Source: Octopus sinensis (Eukaryota). From it: a stretch of DNA of 64,000 bases. Below are positions 13,795 to 25,653 of the stretch, one piece after another (within the stretch, counting starts at the first letter, position 1; the number at the start of each line of letters is the position of its first letter). The stretch lies in contig NC_043011.1 of NCBI RefSeq assembly GCF_006345805.1, positions 13,404,464 through 13,468,463 on the forward strand. Reading direction: 5' to 3'. The notes beneath the pieces are model-generated. The model was not told the DNA's origin. It was given only the letters and a program-made list of their open reading frames with translations, and ran no database searches. The position numbers and the translations under genes were made by a program.

Positions 13795-14116
13795 AAAGCA
13801 CATGGCTTAGTGGTTAGAGCGTCGAGCTTATGATTGTGAGTTCGAATTCCGGACCGGGCTGCGTGTTGTGTTCTTGAGCAAGACACTTTATTTCACGTTG
13901 CTCCAGTTCACTCAGCTGTAGAAATGAGTTGCGACGTCACAGGTGCCAAGCTGTATCGGCCCCTTTGCCTTTCCCTTGGATAACACTGGTGGCGTGGAGA
14001 GGGGAGGCCGGTATGCATGGGCGACTGCTGGTTTTTCCATAAACAATCTTGCCCAGACTTGTGCCTGGGAGGGTAACTTTCTAGGTGCAATCCCATGGTC
14101 AGTCATGACCGAAGGA
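13795..14116 (+). mobile_element. SINE family D (tRNA-like head GCACATGGCTTAGTGGTTAGAGC)
   Basis: Box A TGGCTTAGTGG, box B GTTCGAATTCC; inverted copy at 15027-15362; related head at about 24787. Confidence 0.85.
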
Positions 14117-15026
14117 GTTGAAATTATGCTAGTTTTTAGCTTTAAATGATAGACCTATAAGTTCAAACTCTGCTATAGCTTCAGAAATAATAATAAAGAA
14201 ATTTGATTTTTAACATAGGTACAATTTGATATTCCCAGTTTTAATATTTGTCTGGTTACTTGTTTTTATCTACTCTAGAGATGCAAATTGAGAATGTATG
14301 TAAATCCAAGGGAGCTAATCTGGCTGTCATGCTTTTTTTTTTTTTTTTTTTTTTTTTTTTTGTAAAAAGCTACTTTTTTTCCCCTTTTATTAGAAAATTT
14401 TCAATTATGCTCTAAGTTTTGGAAAAGATACAATCTGAATTTTTTTTCAAAACTTTTTATACTATTATATCACTGAAGTATTTAAACTTCGATGAAACTA
14501 TGCTGACATCTTTAGTTATAGAATATTTTGATCATTTTGGCAGTGACGCTAGAAAAGTACTGAATTTTTTGTTAGCAATAACTTATCAGAACAAGTGTTT
14601 CGATACTAACTGTAATATATGCGCATTGAAAGGGTTGAAACCTTAGTTTGTTTATATTGTTTGAAAAATAACCTCTTTTAAGATCTGTTTGAATTGTAGA
14701 AAAAAAAGTTCTTGAGTACGTTGACTCTGTTTTTGTTTATCCTTAGTTTAACTTTAATCAAGTAGGAAAGACTACGATCACAGGTGTTCCATCTGTGACC
14801 ATCCCATCTCCCCCACCATGTATACTATATCTGAGCTTACATTACCCAATATCCTTATTGAAGGAGTAAGATTTGGTTGCTATTTTTTGAGCAACTACAT
14901 TGATGTGCCTTCATCTGTATTGTTGAAGTAATTATTAAAGGTTTTCTGTTATACTTAATTTCTCATCACCGCAATCACGAATCTGTCAGCTACATTTTGT
15001 CACATTTTTGTTTTTGTATTTTATCT

Positions 15027-15362
15027 GAGACCCCCTTCGGTCACGACACAGACCATGGGCTTGCACCTAGAAAGTCACCCTCCCAGGCACAAGTCCGGGT
15101 AAGGTTGTTTATGGAAGACCAGCAGTCACCCATGTATACCTGCCTCCACTCTCCATGCCACCAGTGTTATCCAAGGGAAAGGCAAAGGGGCTGATACAGC
15201 TTGGCACCTGTGACATCACAACTCATCTCTACAGCTGAGTGAACTGGAGCAACGTGAAATAAAGTGTCTTGCTCAAGAACACAACACGAAGCCCGGTCCG
15301 GGATTCGAGCTCACAACCTCACGATCATAAGCTCGACGCTCTAACCACTAAGCCATGTGCCT
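15027..15362 (-). mobile_element. SINE family D, inverted copy
   Basis: Reverse complement of 13795-14116. Confidence 0.85.
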
Positions 15363-16074
15363 TCACTTTGTATTTTATAGATTACATCAAAAGTATTTTT
15401 TATTCACGTAAGTCACTATCATTTAGTGAATGGCAAACCAGGTACAGTGCTGAGCAAAATGGCTTGTATTAAGTTTCAACCTTTCATGTTTTCAGTTCAA
15501 TGCCTTTAGTTGTTGAATTTGCCTTTCATAATTCCAGGTCAATGGAATAAGTTGAGTAGTCAATAGAATTGACTCTTTTCTTCTATGCATTTGGCCTTGT
15601 GCTAATGTTAAATTATGTCAATGGTAAACTCTTGACAAATTGAATTCAGTTCCCATTTATAAAGCTGATGTCATAAGAGTTAACAAACTTTTGAAAGAGC
15701 TAGGAATAACACTTTTTTTGGAATTTATTCACTCTTGACAAAGACTTGAATGCCAAAACTTCATTTCAATTTACATTGATGAAACCTATAATTATCGAGA
15801 CCTTGTTAGCCTTGAGAAACGGCATGAACTCAATTTCTCTGATATCTTTGTGTGCATGTGTGTGTGCATGCATGTGGTCATTATTTAAATAAACTTTTGA
15901 TTGTGAGATTTCAGTTCTTAGTTTCAGCATTTAAAATGCTTCCTCTCTACTTACTCTCTATCGTTAAATGGGAAATTCTTATTTAGGAAAGATTGATAAA
16001 TTTAATTTCAAGAATGATTTGCTCTTTAAAAAGTTATAGAATTATTTCCTTTAGTTAGCAATTGCCATATGGAA

Positions 16075-16340
16075 GGAATTACAACCGTGTTTCGTGGTCT
16101 GCTACCACAACAGCTCCTTTATAGGATCCAGTTAGCTCAAGACCTCGTCAGGAGGAACCACGTCCGGTTTCGGCCCCTACTCCTCTACAATTTTGACGTG
16201 GCGGGGCCTATTCTTTCAGAGGTGTCTTCAGCTCTGGTGTTGGGTGCATGTCTTCTTTCTTCTGTTCCCTGGCCTCTTCGATGTATCGTCAGCCGGTGAC
16301 TGTTCCAGAATTGGTCTATAAAGATGTTAGTTGGCACTGT
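16075..16340 (-). mobile_element. Possible Penelope-like element terminal fragment
   Basis: GC-richer island with CTGANGA...GAAAC motifs typical of Penelope terminal repeats; no RT or GIY-YIG coding sequence confirmed. Confidence 0.4.
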
Positions 16341-16784
16341 GGGTATTTCACAGCTTCATTAGAAATGGCCACCAAATATTAAATTGTTATTGTGTATGTA
16401 CACAAACAGTTTGAGTATGTGTTGGTAGCATGGGTGTCTCTCTCACACATACTTTTACCACCTTTTCCCACAGCACAACATTATTTACAACACAGGAATC
16501 TGTAGTTAGCACTTTATAAAAGATTAGGGCTTTTGTGTGTTTTGAAAACATGTTCTTTTGGCACTGGCAATTATTTCTTTGCTTGATACAAAAGCTACTG
16601 ATTAGGCCATATGTGATTTTAGTTATAGATGTGTGTGTGTGTGTGTGTATTTTATAAAGACCAACTAAGTAAATTATGTAGTAAGCTATGAAATTCTTAC
16701 ATTCTCTTGATTTCCTGTTATTCAAACTGCCATGTGGTTCCAGTAGACAAAATGGAAAGGGTGTTGCTCTGGAGGTAGAGGCCA

Positions 16785-16922
16785 TGGGTTATGGTCTCAC
16801 TTGTTCTGCTGGGTCTTCTCACGCACAGCATACTTCCAAAGGTCTCGGTCACTAGTCATTGCCTTGGTGAGACCTAATGTTCGAAGGTCGTGCTTCACCA
16901 CCTTGTCCCAGGTTTTCCTGGG
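16785..16922 (-). mobile_element. RTE-like LINE ORF2 3' end fragment
   Basis: PRKTWDKVVKHDLRTLGL...DRDLWKYAVREKT, homologous to about 40190-40300. Confidence 0.75.
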
Positions 16923-18314
16923 TCAAAAATACAAAGTTATATTAATACATAAACAATGAAAATAAACTTGTGTAATATAGAGAAATAAGAATTTGGGAAA
17001 TACTTTACTTGCTGCAACATGTAGCCTGTTGCTTTTTGTTGAGAATGTTTAGAATTTCAAGAACTTTGCCTGGATATTCTTTAAATTATAGCTTTGAAGT
17101 TTTTTATGTTATTACTTGAACATTTTGTAATGTTATTTGTAATTGTGTACCAAGTATATCTTGTTGGTGTACATCCAGTTGCTTTTCTATTTGTCTCGGG
17201 TTTTTACTGTTTTTTATATTCTGTAAAATTGTAGTGTCTGTAATGTTATTTTGATCATTATAAATGTATTTGACTTGGTATTCTGTTTTGATTTCTATTT
17301 TTCTGTCTTTAATCAAGTTTTAATCTAGTTTGAGATAATTTTCTTCAGTTTTTACATATTTTCTTAAGGTCTTTAGATCTTTTTGTTGACTTTTTTTAGT
17401 TAATGAAACATTCTTGCATATGTTCTAATTGGGTTTGATTCTCCAGTCATTTAACAGTTCCTCTCTGTTTACCATCATAAGCAATTGTACTTGTGTTTCT
17501 AAAAATCCCTTCAAGAGGAGTTCATATGCATTTTTTTTTTTTTTTTTGCTTATCAAGAAATGTATGTATTGTTTCTAAAACCTGATTTAAATTTCTTCTA
17601 ATCATCAATGACAAACAACAATTACCATTCTCCACTAAGTCATGAAAATCTATGCAAAGAAAATTCATAAAATATGTCAACAGCCACAAGGAAATTACTG
17701 TTTGAAAAACAAGCAGAAAATGTTTTCATTGACTTGGAAAAATTTCTAAATCTGAGCTAAACTGTCTTGGACATGAACAGTACTCGGAAGTTATAATTGA
17801 AAATGTATTCAAACTATTTTAGCTTTGAAACCGGTTTTATTTCTTCCTACATATAATTAATATTTTACTTTATGAAGTTAGTTTAAATTCACAATTATTT
17901 TAGAATTTAATTGAAATACAGTGTATTTCAATCAGAAATATCGTAATGATAGGGTTAACTTAGCTTTATCACTGTAAGAGGTGGGCAGATAAAATTTCAA
18001 GTATATTATTTAGATTAAAACAACTTTTGAATTTCACTTATGGTTCTTATTTTAGTTTGCATATATGGATAAAGTAACTAATTATCTTTTGTAAAGAAAA
18101 ACTGCAAAACTAGTCTTTAATTTCATTTTACAACTTAAAATAAAAAAAAAGTTTTTCGCTGCTGGTCTCTTTATAGACCCTTGTTTTGGGTCCTTGTTGA
18201 GTGTATAGAATATATTAGATTTGGAACTTATTCCTGTGTAACTTATGTAATTGTTAGGAGTTTTTGCTCTTGACTCGCGAAGCAATTTTTCTCCCCAATA
18301 CTTTTATTGCATAA

Positions 18315-19640
18315 CACTAGTCAATGCATATTTTCTGGCACAAGGTTTATCAATGGCTTTTGGCTAATTTTAGGATGCTGAATCAAATCTGGCATTAGAT
18401 TTTATCTATCACATCAGATTTTTGAGATATATATATCCATTTAGCTTTGCTAGGATCAGCTATTTAATGCTCATAAAGGAAGAATTAAACGTACATAGAT
18501 ATAATTTTTAATAGACTTTTTTTTTTAATCTAATAACTCAAAGCACAAAGTTGTATGAGTAAATGCACATTAGCATGTAAGAATTAAGTTTGATGATAAC
18601 AAGATATGAATGCAAAACCTCTATTCATTGAGGTCATTCATTCCAATCATCTTATTACTACAAGAACTTCCTCGTTTTGTTTTTGATGATCTCTTGTGCC
18701 TAGCTTCTGGAATGTCTCATCAGCTCCAACAGTAAGTTGCCATCATATTTGAGTCCCATCGGCTTTGGGAGCATTCTTCCAATATGTTTGTCTTGATGAA
18801 AGCATTCTCCTTCACTCATATCACTCACGTTCCCTGGAAACTCACCCAAGTGATTGTGTAAGCAGTGCAATTTAAATGGTCATTCTATATCCAAGTGCTT
18901 GCAATCTCAAGAGCAGCTCCTCCACAAACTCATGAAAGTTGCCAGCCTTCCTATTCCCAAGGAAATTCTGCACCATACCAGAGAAGACATTCCAAGCTCT
19001 AGCCTCTGCCATACTCATTGTTAAAACAAACTGTGCATCCCTGAGCAGTGTTCTTATTTGAGGTCCAGCAAATATTCCTGCTTTCTTCTTGTTATTGAGA
19101 AAGGTACATATATATCTGATGCAGTCTCCACTAGGGCTTTCAATTGCTTCATCACACCATTTCAACACGGGTTTTGCAAAGTTTTTGGGGAGCCCAGGTT
19201 TTGTCCTGGTCTCCAAGTGTTACTTTAAAGCAAGATACACAATCTTGACAAAGTTATTAATGTTGTGACTTTGAGCCTCTGGAGTGAAGTTTCCACAGAT
19301 GTAACAGAAGATATCTGAGTCATTACAGCACATCCTTCTTTTTGATGTTGTATCCATTACTATATTACAATGACCCAGTTCACACCTGAAAAGAAAGGGA
19401 AGGATTTTAAAGCAAAACTCAACTTGAACATTATTCAAGATTAGCATGACAATCCAGCCAAAATTCCCACAAATAGTGGTGTAAAGTTAACTCCAGGTAA
19501 ATAAAGGTATATGTTGATGGCACAAAAATGTGATGTGATTGAGTAAATCTGAAGTCAGTTTTAAAATCGGCACCAAAAAATTAGTCTAAAACAGCTCTAA
19601 TATTTTATGCCAGAACATGGTTTTATTTTGTTGACCAGTG
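18315..19640 (-). mobile_element. Internally deleted Chapaev3-like (CMC/CACTA superfamily) DNA transposon
   Basis: Termini CACTAGTCAA / TTGACCAGTG flanked by TAA on both sides; decayed ORF with FCYICG, LGDQDKTWAPQKLCK, GIFAGPQI, FLGNRKA and LHNHL motifs. Confidence 0.78.
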
Positions 19641-22579
19641 TAATCAATAAATACACTGTTACCAAAAGTCATGTTAACTTGTCTGGCAACTTTACAATGA
19701 GACTTACTTAGATTATGAGTTTTATTTAATTACTATAATTTGCCAAAGCTGAACGCTTAGATTAGTGGCAATTCCCTTTCAGATTTTGTTTAAATCTTCC
19801 ATTGTCAAACATGTGAATTCAATTTTTATTAAAATTTTCAAGCATTCCTTTTTTTTTTCCCCCCCCATTTACTTTTTTGCTTAGTTCTTTTTCATTTTAT
19901 AATTTGGTTTAAATTCTTTTAAATTGTGTTGCAATGTTCAAGACTTTAATGAGTCAACTTTAGTTTATTTATGAAACTAATACTCAAATGTTGATTTAGT
20001 TTGTCAGTTTTGGAATTTGGTTTCCTTTTCATAATATTCCTTTCCTTTCAGGCTGTGCATTATTAAATCTTTCAGCTGTTTTTTTTTGTTTTTCCTTTTA
20101 ATGTTATCAATGTTACTTTTGAAATATAATTTTGTTATAGCCCCCCCCCCTTTTTTTTTTCAGCAGAAAAAAAACATCTAATGTTACTGAAAATATTGAG
20201 CAAATACATTAAGCCAAACTAATCTTTCAGATGGGGGACTTATTCTGCTTTTATCATTTGAAGTCAATTAAATACCAATTCACCAGCTTTGGTTCATTTA
20301 ATTTGATAAATAAATAAAATCTTGAAACTATGATTGGCTTAAGGAATAAAATAAATTCTTGTTGGTGATGGCATTATTCAACTGGTTTGGTCAAGTTCTC
20401 TCTTTCAGTTGGAGACAGACATAACTCAAATGTTTCCATTTTTTTTATATATATATATATTTTTTTTTTTTTAATACAATTGACAAATATGTTTTGCTGT
20501 TTATTTCTGAGAGTGATTATCCAGATTAAATGTTTAACTTAAAGTTGTCTGAAGCTATTTCCAGTATTATTCCAAAGTCTCTGATTATTCATTTTCAGTT
20601 TCCTAGGAATTTTATTCTCAGTGACCTTTCTGTAGCAACAGGTTTTATGGAGATATTTTTAGCTGCTAAGAGTAAAATATAGTTAGTTGAAACACTGACA
20701 CGTATTATGTAATACACCTTTTACAACAAAGGTATAAAAATACAGCTGCACGTGTATAACTTGCTAAAGTAGACTGTAGTAGTTGTTGGTGTACTATTTG
20801 TATTAGTGATTATTAAAGTGAAAACAGATAATTTGAAGGGAACTATTGAAAGCTTTTTACACCTATCCAGTTAATCTATAGACACTTTAAAAGATCATTA
20901 GTTACCATCCTATGAAGATCAAGTAGTCGAGTGCAGGTTTTGGAATTTGAATACCTTAATGCCCTGATAGTGAGTTTTGTCTGGATTTGCTGTATGTTGT
21001 CCATTTTTCTCTGCTCCTTTATTGTTATTTTGAAAGTAAGATGTCACTTAATGAAATACAATGTACATATTTTGTTCTTTTTCTACAGATAATTTCAATA
21101 ATTTTTATTAATCTTAATTTATATTTTCTCAGATGGCTCAACTTCTTGCCCAACCAGGTGCTGGGGAATTGCAGAGAATTCATTCCTCTCCCTTTGGATT
21201 GGTTAGTATTTATATAATCATCATCATCATCGGCTGTCTTATATATTGAATAAAAATTCTCCTTCACACTATTTTTATTTTTTGCATAAAGTAATTAATA
21301 ACGAAACCTTCGAATGGACAGGTTTCTGGTCTTAATTGTAAAGATGTAAACTTTATTAAATTTACTTTCTGTAAGCTACCATATATGTTACTGTATTTCT
21401 ATAATGGCATGGATTTTGGAGTACATCATATTTTTATGCAACTTGGGTTTGAATCTTGTTTTTGGGGTCCTTTCGGACTTGAATTCTAACCTTAGTCTGG
21501 TGCTCCCTGCAATCAACCACTGTTACCTTTTTACTCCATGTTATTGTATGGATAATGTTTAAACCATTGCAATCATCTCTGTTCTCTACATGAGCATCTC
21601 CTTCTACCCTCCATTTTTTCTCATTTCATTTGTTTTCATAAAATTAACTCGTAAATTAACATTTCATATTCAATACAGAAACTTCAGTTAGTTCTCTCTA
21701 TTCACTTTAATTTCTTCATATTGACTGCTCGTTTCATTGGTATATACCATTCTTTCTCAATCCATTTCTAAGCGGAACTACTTAACCACTGTCACTGGTA
21801 TGTGATAGTGTGTGTGCCTAATTACACTATTGTTTGCTTTCCACATCTTATTAGAAGGTAACGACTTGTATCTTTTCTTTTTGTAAACTTAATTGCTTTA
21901 GGCATCATCATAAAATTGATCTCTACAGTTGGTCACTCTTAGCTACACTCCACTGAGTTCTTGATTTGTCTGATTTTTCTAGAAAAAAAATAAAGCTTTT
22001 TGTTTTATGCTGCTACCATGTAAAAAACTCAACCAGTGCACTCTGTAAAGTTGATGGCATTAGGAAAGGCATCAAGCTGTAGAAAGCATGCCAAAATAGA
22101 CTGGAGCCTGGTGCAACCCTCTGGTTTGCCAGCTCCCGTCAAACTGTCCCACCCATGCCAGTATGGAAACGGACATTAAATGATGATAATGCTATTATCA
22201 ACAGAATATTAAACTACTTACACTGTTTCTCTAGGTTATATGAACCTGACCATTCTACTTTCTATCTAGCTACTTCGGTATCTAGGTATCGTTAAGCTGG
22301 TTGGATATGGTTTCTGTCGAGCTGGTTGGGTATTGTTTCTGTCTGAAACTACTGTGTTACTATGAACACAATAATGCATATTAATATCTTCAAATTTAAA
22401 TTATTTCCTTTTCTAGATACCAATTTGCACAAAACATGACTTAAACGTGTAGGCAAAAGCAAAGAACATTCCTGTTGTATGTAACTGATTGAAACTAATT
22501 ATACTAGAAAAGCATTTTAGAGATGGGAATATACAAACTATCAACACTCACAACTAAGTACTCTTTCTGCTTTACAGAT

Positions 22580-23133
22580 TTTAGTTATTAAAACTGACCA
22601 TTGCAAAAAATAATGATGATAATAATAAAACATTATCTGCTTGGCAGCAGATGTTAACATAGCTTCAGTTTTATACCAGAAATTACATTCCTAACTGGGA
22701 AATTACAAGTATGTAATAGAAGTGTGAAAATCTGAGTTTAGCACACTTAGACATGCGAACATTTATAGAAGTCAAAACTTACAAATCAGATGTGCCCTGA
22801 CAGGCATATTCATGTGTGAAAGTATGTGAATAAATGACTGCATAATTGTTTGAATTAACATGAAAGAATTTTTTATATTTGAAAGTAGCTCTTGGTGAGA
22901 AGTTAGAAAATAAAGCCAGAACATCCATAGATATTCTTTTGTTATACAAGGAGGAAATTATACAAATATTCTCTGCTGTCTTTGTAATGCTAAGAAAACT
23001 GCTTTGACTTTAGTTATTAAAACTGACCATTGCAAAAAATAATGATGATAATAATAAAACATTATCTGCTTGGCAGCAGATGTTAACATAACTTCAGTTT
23101 TATACCAGAAATTACATTCCTAATTGGGAAATT
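22580..23133 (+). repeat. About 125-bp direct duplication (22580-22704 and 23009-23133)
   Basis: Near-identical copies 429 bp apart. Confidence 0.9.
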
Positions 23134-23469
23134 TTCAACATCATGGAGGGACAGAGTATAATTGATATTTTAAAATTTTAATTTCTTGGACTTGAACATT
23201 ATAACCATCTGGAATTTCATTGTCTTTCCCCATTGACCCCTAACCATATTTCACTCTTCTACATAAGTCGGTCAAACCCCGGGAAACTCTATCAATCACT
23301 TTGTAACCTGCTGATCTAATGGTTAAAATGTTGTAAATTCATCTTAGTATATGAATTGCTGTCAATCTTGCTATCCAGGACTTTATGTTGTAAAGGTAAG
23401 ACACAATATGATCCTAATTTATTAATGGTATATTTTGCCATGAAAGAATTATTTTTTTTTCTTTTTCAG

Positions 23470-23614
23470 CCTGGTTCTGGTACTCAGACAAATGTTGGTC
23501 TTTCACAACAACTTCAGGCAGCTTGTGCCAGATCACAACTGGAACACATGGTTGCTTTGGATATTGATTCTGAGCCTTGTCATGTGCGTATGAGTGGAAT
23601 TGTCTGTACTATAG
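23470..23614 (+). CDS. Pyk: Pyruvate kinase gene 1, exon A (first recognisable coding exon, 145 bp)
   Basis: tttttcAG acceptor, GTatgt donor; encodes [10 protein letters not shown]...[10 protein letters not shown], the PK N-terminal 'IxCTIGP' motif; phase 1 end joins exon B. Confidence 0.95.
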
Positions 23615-23658
23615 GTATGTTTCTTTTCAATTAATTTGGTTGATGACAATTACTAGTA

Positions 23659-24365
23659 TTTGTTAGTATAATAATAATGAAATTATTGTATACAGTGCTC
23701 AGGTGCACCACAACTTGTCAGAAAGTGTGTATAAAGTGTATGCAGTAATGTACAAATGTCTGGAAAGCGAACAATGTATGAGTCAGATACATGCCTGTGT
23801 GTGTGTGTATGGAGGAGAGAAAATCAGGTGTAGTGTTGCCGAATCTCAGAAAGCATGGAAGTTTTGAAGGATGCAGTGCTCCGACAACTAACAACTGATG
23901 CTGGCAGTCTGTTCCATGCTTCGGCAACTCACAGCGTGAAAAAATGTTTCCTAAAGTCATGGGAGCTGTGCTGTTTTCTGACTTTGTAAATATGTCCACG
24001 GGTGTTAGACGGGTGGAGTTTGAAAAGGTGCTCAGAGTTATTGTTTGTAAGATGGTTAATAATTTTATGGGTGTCTGCCAAATCAGCTGCCAGACGTCGG
24101 AGTTTCAATGTGTCCATGCCCAGGGAAGCATGTTTGCATCAGATGTCAGTAATATGCTTTGAATTGTCAACAGAATTGCTTTAGCCATTGCTTGCAAACA
24201 TGTCAGAATAATTGCAATGGGTTGATGCACGTCACTATGGAATTGTTGTTGAGCAGTGTAGCAATGGTTTCACTTGATCCAGTGTTTATAGTGGAGGGTG
24301 GTAAATCTTTAAACTTTGATTTTAGAATTCTGTTAAATGGCTCATTTCTTTGGTGCAATTAGAGA
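23659..24365 (-). mobile_element. CR1-like LINE 3' fragment
   Basis: LRRLAADL...RGHIYKVRK...RKHFF, the CR1 ORF2 C-terminal motifs; (ATT)n tail; same tail recurs near 31460-31510 and 46375-46420. Confidence 0.85.
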
Positions 24366-24690
24366 TAATCATCATCATTGTTCGACCGTGGTCGAGACAA
24401 TGGAATTTACCATGCTACACCAGACTTCACGGTCCATCATAGCATTATGGAGGTCCTGTTGCTGGATGCCTGTATCCCTGGAGATTACATCAGGGTAGGA
24501 GAGTGTGTGCCTTCTGGTATCGCAAGCAGATGGCTTCCAGAGGAGAAGAGTAGAAATTGCCTTGTTTTCAGCTCTACAACAATGTCTAGCAAACTGGACC
24601 CTCCTACCTTTCACAAGAGATGACACAGGTGGTGGTTCCCCCCCCCCTTTACCCCTGAAGAGATAATAGCAATGGTTTAGTATACTGATA
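24366..24690 (-). mobile_element. RTE-like LINE 3' fragment with (GAT)n tail
   Basis: ...LSYPDVISRDTG...AMMDREVW ORF2 end; second copy on + at about 35110-35240. Confidence 0.7.
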
Positions 24691-25264
24691 AACTCCTGGG
24701 GCTGTTCCTTGAATATAGAAATAGTGGAAACTTGGGAAAACACTGAAATTCCATGATGGTTTTCATCGTGTCTGAGAGTTGTGGAAGGTGCATGGCTTAG
24801 TGGTTAGGGTATTTGGCTCATCATAAGGTTGTGAGTTTGATTCCCTGCTGTGCAGTGTGCCTTTGAATACGACAGTTTATTTCCTGTTGCTCCAGTTCAG
24901 TCAGCTGGTAAAAAGGAGCAGTACCTGTGTTTCAAAGGGCCAGCCTTATCACATTGTGTCACACTGAATCTTCCTCAGAAATACGTTAAAGGTGTCTGTG
25001 GAGTGCTCAGCCATTTGCACATTAATTTCACTAGCAAGCTGTTCTATTGATTAGATCAACTGGAACCCTCATCATAACCGATGCCTTACAATTAAGAGAA
25101 AGGCACCAGATTTGTAAGTTTATATATGAAAACTATCATGAGATGTTGACTGTGCATTTTGATCATCAATAGGTAATCATATGCATTTCATGGAGATCAG
25201 ACAAATTGATTAAAGACAAATTGATTGGGGCAAGTGAAATTGGAATCGAAATTGAACCAATCCT

Positions 25265-25653
25265 ATGACTGGCACCCAGCAGTTGCCAATGCCACTGGAC
25301 TGACTCCTGTGCAGGTGGCAAGTAAAGAAACACCGTTTCGACCCTGTGCTTGAGGAGACCTATTGAGTAGAGTACACCAACATCAAAAATCAATGGAAAT
25401 TGTAGTTGTGATCCCTGTGCCGGTGGCACGTAAAAAACACCAATCCGATTGTGGCCATTGCCAGCCTCACCTGGCATGTAAAAAGCACCCACTACACTCA
25501 TAGTGGTTGGCATTAGGAAGGGCATCCAGCTGTAGAAACACTGCCATATCAGACTGGAGCCTGGTGCAGCCTTCTGGCTCCCCAGATCCCGGTCGAACTG
25601 TCCAACCCATGCTAGCATGGAGAACGGACGTTAAACGATGATGATGATGATGA
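25265..25653 (+). mobile_element. Retroposon family C with (GAT)n tail (longest copy)
   Basis: Internal GGCACCTGTGCCGGTGGCACGTAAAAAGC repeats, ends GGACGTTAAACGATGATGAT; other copies at about 3300-3508, 6725-6975 (-), 22025-22192, 40312-40520, 46945-47193, 52091-52338 (-), 52391-52485 and 63465-63755. Confidence 0.85.

Noticed and set aside
15290-15362. tRNA-like sequences at the heads of families A, B and D
   Set aside because: They have box A/B motifs but no complete cloverleaf and continue into long shared repeat bodies; SINE heads, not tRNA genes.
17050-17580. Lys/Gln-rich minus-strand reading frame
   Set aside because: Looks like decayed retroelement coding sequence with stops, but I could not assign a family.
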